From Candidatus Binataceae bacterium (GTDB lineage Bacteria > Desulfobacterota > Binatia > Binatales > Binataceae): DNA of 64,000 bases. The stretch covers positions 86,754-150,753 of the forward strand of contig JBEKJC010000006.1 in the NCBI GenBank assembly GCA_050011435.1, in the 5' to 3' direction. The notes beneath the pieces were generated by a model, which saw nothing but the letters and a program-made list of their open reading frames with translations, ran no database searches and had not been told where the DNA came from. Below, piece after piece: positions 57,890 to 64,000 of the stretch. Position 1 is the stretch's first letter. Each line of letters opens with the position of its first letter. The translations under genes were made by a program, and so were the position numbers.

Positions 57890-58681
57890 TCACCGGAGGC
57901 GGAAGCGCTCGCCGAGGAAGACTTCGCGCACACGTTCGTTATCGACGATCTCGTGTGGCGTACCTTCGAGGAGGATCTTGCCGGCGTGGATGACGTAGGC
58001 GCGATCGATGATCGAAAGCGTCTCCTGCACGTTGTGGTCGGACATCAGGATGCCGATGCCGCGATCCTTCAGGTAGGTGATGATGCGCTGGATTTCGATG
58101 ACCGTAATCGGATCGATTCCGGCAAATGGTTCGTCGAGGCAGAGGAACAGCGGATCGAGCACGAGCGCGCGCGTGATTTCAACTTTGCGCCGTTCGCCGC
58201 CGGACAGCACGCCGGCCGGTGACTTGGCGAGGTGCGCGATATCGAGTTCACCGAGCAGCGATTGCAGGCGCGTGCGGCGCTCGCCGTCGGTCAGCGGGAG
58301 CGTCTCGAGCACCGCCATCAGGTTCTGCTCGACCGTCAGCTTGCGAAAGACCGAGGGCTCCTGTGGCAGATAGCTGATGCCGCGGCGCGCGCGCTGGTAC
58401 AACGGCAGCATCGTGATGTCGTGACCGCCGAGAGAAATTGTGCCGGCGTCGGGCTTGAGCAGCCCCACCAGCATGTAGAAGGTGGTGGTCTTGCCAGCCC
58501 CGTTGGGTCCAAGCAAACCGACCACCTCACCCTTGCCGATGCGGACCTCGACCTTGTTTACGACGATGCGGCCGCCGTAACTCTTGGTCAGGCCGTGCCC
58601 CTCGAGTGCGGCTCCTTCGGCGACCACCGGGACGATCGCCGAGGTGGGCAGATTGCGGTCAACTTGCTCAAGCCTGGCCAT
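57890..58681 (-). CDS. lptB: LptB-like ABC transporter ATP-binding protein
   Basis: Walker A GPNGAGKTT, LSGGERRKVEI signature, and the LptB-type C-terminal extension. N-terminal ~20 aa probably not translated (alternative GTG start). No lptC/lptA/rpoN neighbours. Confidence 0.7.
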   Translation of the reverse strand: MARLEQVDRNLPTSAIVPVVAEGAALEGHGLTKSYGGRIVVNKVEVRIGKGEVVGLLGPNGAGKTTTFYMLVGLLKPDAGTISLGGHDITMLPLYQRARRGISYLPQEPSVFRKLTVEQNLMAVLETLPLTDGERRTRLQSLLGELDIAHLAKSPAGVLSGGERRKVEITRALVLDPLFLCLDEPFAGIDPITVIEIQRIITYLKDRGIGILMSDHNVQETLSIIDRAYVIHAGKILLEGTPHEIVDNERVREVFLGERFRLR

Positions 58682-58834
58682 TAAACAAATGCGCTCAAAA
58701 ACAGCGTCATGAAGGTTTTACCGGCTTTAGCGGGACAGGGAAACTCATCGGGCGGTTTTATATAGATAGTTATTCTCAATACGATCCCGCGAGGAAAACG
58801 TTTCGCGGCACCAGCGCGAATCAGGAGCGCGGGA

Positions 58835-60421
58835 TCAGGGATCCAGCCATTCGCGGCCATCGGCCTGAATCAGTTTGTCGGCGGCTTCCGGACCATGCGA
58901 TCCGGCAGGGTATTCGTGCATCGGGATCGCCGAATCTTCACGCCACTGGTCGAGAATCGACTGGACGAAACCCCACGACTTCTCGACGAACGGGGCGCTG
59001 ACGAAGAGCGTGTGGTCACCGCTCATCACGTCCAGCAGCAGGCGCTCATAAGCCTCCGGCGAGGGGCCGTAGAATTCGCTGTCGTAGCGCAGATTCATCC
59101 GCACGGGGCGAATCGCGATATCCAATCCGGGCTGCTTCGCCAGAACTTCGAAGGAAAAGCCCTCGTCGGGTTGAATCCGGATTGTCAGGGCGTTGGGCGG
59201 AATCTTTGCCTCACGATTAAAGAGGATGCGCGGCACGTCCTTGAACTGAATGAAAATGACGCTGCCGCGCGACGGCATCCGCTTGCCCGTGCGCAGGTAG
59301 AAGGGCACGCCGGCCCAGCGCCAATTGTCGATGGCGGCTTTGAAGGCGACGAAGGTTTCGGTGCGCGACGACGGTGGGATGCCCTTCTCCTGCGCATAGC
59401 CGGGGACCGGCTCGCCATCGACGATACCGGCCGCATAGCGGGCGCGTACGACCAGGTCGCGCGCCCCGCCAGGTGGCAGCGGCCGCAACGCCCGCAGAAC
59501 GTTGAGCTTGGCGTCGCGAACCGCGTCGGAGTCGAGCGAGATCGGCGGCTCCATCGCGATCAGCGCGAGCAACTGCAGCATGTGATTCTGCACCATGTCA
59601 CGCAGCGCGCCAGCCGGGTCGTAATACATCGCGCGCGCACCGACGCCATCGTTCTCGGCCACGGTGATCTGCACATGGTCGACATTGCGCGCGCCCCACA
59701 TGCGCTCGAAGATCGTATTGGCGAAACGCAGCACGAACAGATTCTGGACGGTCTCCTTGCCCAGATAATGGTCGATACGGAAAATCTGCGATTCGTCGAA
59801 GAACCGCCGCAGCAGCCTGTCGACTTCGAGCGCACTCTCGAGGTCGGTACCGATAGGTTTCTCGACCACGACGCGGGTAAAGTTGGCCGCTCCGGGCTTG
59901 GCGATGAGGCCGGCGGCATCGAGACGCTCGACGCATTCCGGCACGGCCTCGGGTGGAATCGAAAGGTAGTAGATGCGATTGGGCGGGAGCCCGCGCGTGG
60001 CTTCGATGTGCTCGAGGCGTTCCTTGAGCCGGCGGAAGCCGTCGGGTTCGTCGAGACCCGAGACATAATCGAGGCCCGCGGCAAACTCATGCCAGCATTT
60101 CCGGTCGAGTTCGAGCCGCGAAAACTGCGCCGCCGCGACGCGCGCGCTTTCGCGGAACTCTTCCAAAGCCATTGGACGCCGCGCGAATCCGAGCACCGCA
60201 AATTCATGCGGCGCGACTTCCTGTCCGCACGCACGCAGATTGTAGAGCGCGGGCAGCAGCTTGCGTTTCGCAAGGTCGCCGGAGGCGCCAAAGATAACGA
60301 CGGTGCACGGCGGCGCGGACTGGGCCTTGGCAATTTGAATCGTTTCAGTCAACGGATGAATCCACCTCTCAAGGAATGCGGCTGCCGGCAGGCTTGATCG
60401 AACGGCGCCAGCCGACCACAA
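58835..60421 (-). CDS. zwf: Glucose-6-phosphate 1-dehydrogenase
   Basis: VIFGASGDLAKRKL NADP-binding motif and RIDHYLGKE active site. TTG start as given by the ORF caller; the true start may be downstream. Confidence 0.9.
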   Translation of the reverse strand: MWSAGAVRSSLPAAAFLERWIHPLTETIQIAKAQSAPPCTVVIFGASGDLAKRKLLPALYNLRACGQEVAPHEFAVLGFARRPMALEEFRESARVAAAQFSRLELDRKCWHEFAAGLDYVSGLDEPDGFRRLKERLEHIEATRGLPPNRIYYLSIPPEAVPECVERLDAAGLIAKPGAANFTRVVVEKPIGTDLESALEVDRLLRRFFDESQIFRIDHYLGKETVQNLFVLRFANTIFERMWGARNVDHVQITVAENDGVGARAMYYDPAGALRDMVQNHMLQLLALIAMEPPISLDSDAVRDAKLNVLRALRPLPPGGARDLVVRARYAAGIVDGEPVPGYAQEKGIPPSSRTETFVAFKAAIDNWRWAGVPFYLRTGKRMPSRGSVIFIQFKDVPRILFNREAKIPPNALTIRIQPDEGFSFEVLAKQPGLDIAIRPVRMNLRYDSEFYGPSPEAYERLLLDVMSGDHTLFVSAPFVEKSWGFVQSILDQWREDSAIPMHEYPAGSHGPEAADKLIQADGREWLDP

Positions 60422-60516
60422 TTAACCAAGCGGCCGCGAGCGCCAGCGCCGGACACCCCGATTCAATCGCACAGCAGTATTCAAGCCCACTGATCGAGTT
60501 AACGCCGGAAGCACAA

Positions 60517-60990
60517 ATGGAGCAAGCGGACCGTTCCCCCCAGGCGCCGGACGGCGTTGAGAATCTGAACGGCGCGACGGTCCCGCGATCATCGTTCAAG
60601 GACTGGGTACCGGCGATTCTATGGATGGCGGTGCTGTTCACCCTTTCGACCACGTACTTTTCGTCGGCAAACACCTCGAAGATCATCGAACCGATTCTGC
60701 GCTGGACTTTTCCCGGCGCCTCGTTCGCGACCATTTCGCTGATGCACAACCTCATCCGTAAGGCTGCGCACTTCGCCGATTACGCCATCCTCTTCTGGCT
60801 GCTGATTCGCGGCCCGCTCGCGAAACGACCGTATACCGCCCTCGCCTGCTGCGTGATTTATGCGTTCCTCGACGAGGGCCATCAGATTTTCGCGGTGGGA
60901 CGCGGACCGTCCCTTTATGACGTCGCGCTGGATTCCAGCGGAGCGCTGTTCGGCCGCTTTCTGAACGAGGCGGTCTATCAAGGCACCTGA
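60517..60990 (+). CDS. VanZ-family membrane protein
   Basis: Four TM helices and a VanZ-like motif (RKAAHFADYAILFWLL...YAFLDEGHQ). Confidence 0.65.
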   Translation: MEQADRSPQAPDGVENLNGATVPRSSFKDWVPAILWMAVLFTLSTTYFSSANTSKIIEPILRWTFPGASFATISLMHNLIRKAAHFADYAILFWLLIRGPLAKRPYTALACCVIYAFLDEGHQIFAVGRGPSLYDVALDSSGALFGRFLNEAVYQGT

Positions 60991-61047
60991 CGCCGGCAGG
61001 GACTGGCGCGCAATGAGCTGACCTGAACCTGAACCGACGGGCACTGC

Positions 61048-61719
61048 TCAGGCGTTGGGATCGAGCGCCGCGGTGATGCGATCGACGCGGCCGTAGTAGG
61101 CGCGCAGACTCGTCATTTCACCGGGAATCTTCAGAACGCCGCTAATCGCGAGAGAACTCAACTGGCCGTACAGCGCGAAATCGGCGTACCCGATGCGCCC
61201 GAGCAGGAAAGCCCGCTCGCGCAGGGTGTCGTCGAGCGCCGCCAACAGTTCATGCGCGCGGGTCCAATGCAACGCGTGGTTACTGACAACCTCAGCGCAA
61301 AAGCCGGCGCCGTATTTGCGCTCGCGGATCAATCGATAAAAGGCCTCTCGGTCGCGACCCTGGCGCGCATAGTGGACGATTTCGTCGGGCAGCGCAGCGC
61401 GAAACAGCGCATCCTCGAATTCACCGTCGAAGTAGCGCGCCAGCGCCAGATGAATCCCGCGCCACTCCGGCGGGAATAGCGTTGGCTCAGGATAAAGCTC
61501 GTCGAGCCGCGCCGCGATCCGATCCGAATCGACGATGGTCTCGCCGGTCTCCAAGGTCAACGCCGGGACCATCAATTGACCCGACGCGAGAATCAACTCC
61601 TTGCGTTCGAGATAGTCGACTTCGACCACGCGGTAATCGAGCCCTTTGAAGTCGAGAATCTTGCGCACCTTGGCGCAGAAGGGGCTGGTCGCGAACTGAT
61701 ACAGCGTAAGCGTCGCCAT
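61048..61719 (-). CDS. Glutathione S-transferase family protein
   Basis: N-terminal thioredoxin-like GST fold (LYQFATSPFCAKVR) plus a C-terminal helical domain. Confidence 0.8.
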   Translation of the reverse strand: MATLTLYQFATSPFCAKVRKILDFKGLDYRVVEVDYLERKELILASGQLMVPALTLETGETIVDSDRIAARLDELYPEPTLFPPEWRGIHLALARYFDGEFEDALFRAALPDEIVHYARQGRDREAFYRLIRERKYGAGFCAEVVSNHALHWTRAHELLAALDDTLRERAFLLGRIGYADFALYGQLSSLAISGVLKIPGEMTSLRAYYGRVDRITAALDPNA

Positions 61720-61750
61720 GGATTAGCGCGTGGGCAGTTGCCCATGAAGG

Positions 61751-62641
61751 CTACATGCGCGGGGGCTGCATGCCCGTCCCCAGCGTCGATTTGAAAATCT
61801 TGAACAGTTGATCGATATCCCACGGCCCGTTGCTGCTGAGAATTCGATCGGGCTCGATGTGGGTATAGCGCGTGATCCGATACCCCGAAGCGCCGAAGCA
61901 TTGGCCGTTAACCGCGGCGGCTTCGTCGCTTGCCAGGAAGACGATGATTGGGGGGACGTTCGCCGGGTCCATCGGAGTGCCACTGGACTGCTCGCTGGCC
62001 GGGCGAGTACCGGGCAGGCGGCCCTCCGGGATCGTGTCGGTCATCCGGGTGGCGGCACCGGGCATGATTGCGTTGACGGTGATTCCATATTTTTGCAGGC
62101 TGTTGGCGGCGCTGTAGGTGAGGCCGAGGATACCGGCCTTGGCGGCGGCGTAATTCGGCTGGCCGGGGGCGCCCAGCGCCGAGTTCGACGAAAAGTTGAT
62201 GATGCGGCCGAACTTGCGCTCGCGCATATGCGCGCTCGCCGGTCGCATGGTGCAGAAATGGCCACGCAGATGAACCCGAACCACCGCGTCCCATTCCTCA
62301 ATCGTCATGTTGAAGATCATGCGGTCGCGCAAAATCCCGGCGACGTTCACCAGGATATCAAGCTTGCCGAATTCCTTGATCGCCTGTTCAACCAGACCCT
62401 CGCCACCCTCGGGCGTTGAAATGTCCAGGTGATTTGCCGCAGCGTTACCACCCGCAGCCTTGATTTCTTTGGCGACGTCGTCAGCCGGCGACACGGTTTC
62501 CTTCTGCCCCGCGACCGACACCCCCAGATCGTTGACTACGACCGCGGCGCCTTGCGCCGCAAGCGCCCGGCAAACTTCGCGGCCGATGCCACGCCCGCCG
62601 CCGGTAACGGCGGCCACCTTGCCTTCGAGATGACGAACCAT
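61751..62641 (-). CDS. SDR-family oxidoreductase
   Basis: TGGGRGIG Rossmann motif and a NYAAAKAG catalytic YxxxK. Confidence 0.85.
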   Translation of the reverse strand: MVRHLEGKVAAVTGGGRGIGREVCRALAAQGAAVVVNDLGVSVAGQKETVSPADDVAKEIKAAGGNAAANHLDISTPEGGEGLVEQAIKEFGKLDILVNVAGILRDRMIFNMTIEEWDAVVRVHLRGHFCTMRPASAHMRERKFGRIINFSSNSALGAPGQPNYAAAKAGILGLTYSAANSLQKYGITVNAIMPGAATRMTDTIPEGRLPGTRPASEQSSGTPMDPANVPPIIVFLASDEAAAVNGQCFGASGYRITRYTHIEPDRILSSNGPWDIDQLFKIFKSTLGTGMQPPRM

Positions 62642-62752
62642 CGTAAGTTCCCTCCAGTACGGCCCTTAAGGGTGCCAGGTTCCGCGAGTGTTGCGCTTAC
62701 GCTTATAGCGCAAAACGCGATGAGGGTGACAACCAGCGCGCCCCTTCCGGGC

Positions 62753-63904
62753 TTACGGATGCGACATCAGCAAGTCCTTTCTGGGCGCAACCGCAACAGC
62801 CTCAGTGGCTCCCGCGGAGTTATTCGCGGTCTCGCCAGAGACCGGAAATTCAGTCAGCGCCCCGGCGGGTGTGAGGCGCCCGATCTTTCCGGTCGGCTCG
62901 GTGAACCACAAGTTGCCGTCGGGGCCGCTGGCGATAAAGCTCGGCACTACCGTCTCCGGAAGATAGAAGATCATCGCGTGTCCATCGGGACTGATTTTGC
63001 ACACCGCATGAGCCTGCGGCTCGGTGATCCACAGAGCATCGCCCGGACCGGCGGTGATGCTCAGGGGCGTTCCACTACCGGGCAGCGGATACTCGGTGAG
63101 ATCGCCGGTCGGAGACAGACGTCCGAGCTTGCGGCTCGCCAGTTCGGTAAACCACATATTTCCGTCGGAGCCGGCCACGATTCCATTGGGCAGGCTTCCG
63201 AGGTTCGGCAACTTGAACTCGTCCACGCGCCCCTGCGGTGACATCCGATCGATGCGGTCACCACTATTCTCAGCAATGTAGAGGTTCCCGTCGGGGCCGG
63301 TGGCGATTCCCGCAGGACCGCCCGGATGTAGCAGGACGAATTCCGTCAAGGTACCAAGCGGCGTAATGCGGCCGATGCGATTGGCCGCATGCTCGGTGAA
63401 CCAGAGATTACCGTCAGGCCCGCGTGTAATCGCTGCCGGACCGCTGTTGACGGTCCGCAGTGGGACATAGGCCTGTGCACCACCGGGATCGAGGCGTCCG
63501 ATCCGATTGCCGGCCGGATCGGTGAACCAGATGGCCGCGTCGGGACCAGCGACTAATCGCTCCGGCAACACATCGCGATTCAACTCGTAGGGCTTCGAAT
63601 CGCCTTGGGGTGTGATCCGCCCGATTTGATGCGAGCGAAATTCGGTGAACCACAAATTACCGTCGGGACCTTGTGCGATTGCGAACGGCGCGGGGCCCTT
63701 CGGCGCCGAAGCCGCCGATGACGAAGCTGGCGGTGGCGGCGCGATGGTCGGCGCGGCCGGAGGCAATACGGGCGTCGCCTTCGCGGCAGAGGGCAAAGGC
63801 GGCGGATTTCGCGCACCGCAGCCGCTCACTGCCAGCACGAGGATTGACGCGCCCACGAACGTGACTGCGGAAATCGCCACGGCGCGCGGGCCGCCAAGTA
63901 ACAT
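62753..63904 (-). CDS. Lipoprotein with Vgb (streptogramin B lyase)-like 7-bladed beta-propeller repeats
   Basis: Lipobox LAVSGC and a Pro/Ala-rich linker. Then ~7 repeats of GPDGNLWFTE...NRIGRITP.G. Confidence 0.7.
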   Translation of the reverse strand: MLLGGPRAVAISAVTFVGASILVLAVSGCGARNPPPLPSAAKATPVLPPAAPTIAPPPPASSSAASAPKGPAPFAIAQGPDGNLWFTEFRSHQIGRITPQGDSKPYELNRDVLPERLVAGPDAAIWFTDPAGNRIGRLDPGGAQAYVPLRTVNSGPAAITRGPDGNLWFTEHAANRIGRITPLGTLTEFVLLHPGGPAGIATGPDGNLYIAENSGDRIDRMSPQGRVDEFKLPNLGSLPNGIVAGSDGNMWFTELASRKLGRLSPTGDLTEYPLPGSGTPLSITAGPGDALWITEPQAHAVCKISPDGHAMIFYLPETVVPSFIASGPDGNLWFTEPTGKIGRLTPAGALTEFPVSGETANNSAGATEAVAVAPRKDLLMSHP

Positions 63905-64000
63905 GAAACTCCGCCTTATCCGCCATGCGGCTCGTTTATGCACATTCACTCAGCCATAATCCCCTATTCAACCGACACAAACTATCGAACGGAATCAAAA

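Noticed and set aside
1-64000. tRNA/rRNA genes
   Set aside because: No T-loop-like GGTTCGAATCC-type motifs or rRNA-like conserved stretches found by eye in the intergenic regions. Cannot fully exclude without tRNAscan.

Overview
Summary: high-GC (~65%) bacterial chromosomal segment from a diderm (Gram-negative-type) organism. It carries LptE/LptB, a BamE-like lipoprotein, a T2SS and beta-barrel proteins. Most of the window is conserved housekeeping operons with a few accessory islands.

From the left:
- Secreted beta-helix protein.
- yebC-ruvC-ruvA-ruvB operon.
- DUF992-like secreted protein and a lipoprotein.
- Unusual 1027-aa tandem GT-C glycosyltransferase (PMT/GT39-like C-terminal half) with a downstream CBM-like bitopic membrane protein.
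- Esterase, mazG, rpsT.
- Minus-strand operon nrdR-ribD-ribBA-nusB-lptE-holA (no ribE/ribH).
- yceD-rpmF-plsX-fabD-acpP cluster (no fabH/fabG; PlsX carries a His-rich tail).
- nth, a sulfite-oxidase-family Moco protein, a PNPOx-like protein, glycerate kinase, rpiA, folE, metF-like, a homoserine-kinase-II-like kinase.
- A Bcp peroxiredoxin with a histone-H1-like Lys/Ala/Pro N-terminal tail.
- A lipoprotein hydrolase, hisI, hisG.
- A frameshifted DUF1302-like OMP gene.
- A crotonase with a clean rho-independent terminator.
- A 10-gene type II secretion operon gspEFGHIJKLMN, with no secretin, gspC or prepilin peptidase in the window.
- An LLM oxidoreductase.
- A porin with two c-type cytochromes, convergent with a NirK-like cupredoxin whose type-2 Cu site looks degenerate.
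- A YVTN-propeller lipoprotein.
- A second LLM gene with two frameshifts.
- clpP, SDR, lptB, zwf, vanZ, GST, SDR.
- A Vgb-like propeller lipoprotein.

The most striking sequence-level signal is a previously unnoticed family of about 80-200 bp intergenic repeats. Seven copies sit at six loci in 64 kb (two at one locus). They are built from shared modules: a CCCGAGCAnCGCGAGCGTC box, a GAAACC...GGTTTCAGACTTCCC hairpin, GATGCGGGCTTCGCCCTGTRAAAA, and CAGTCCGAAAARTCAGGTCAAGACTGTTGGGCTGCT. Copies lie inside operons and between convergent genes (REP/MITE-like or a small RNA family). No rRNA, tRNA, CRISPR or transposase was seen. Three single-nucleotide frameshifts in G/C runs suggest either assembly errors or ongoing pseudogenisation.
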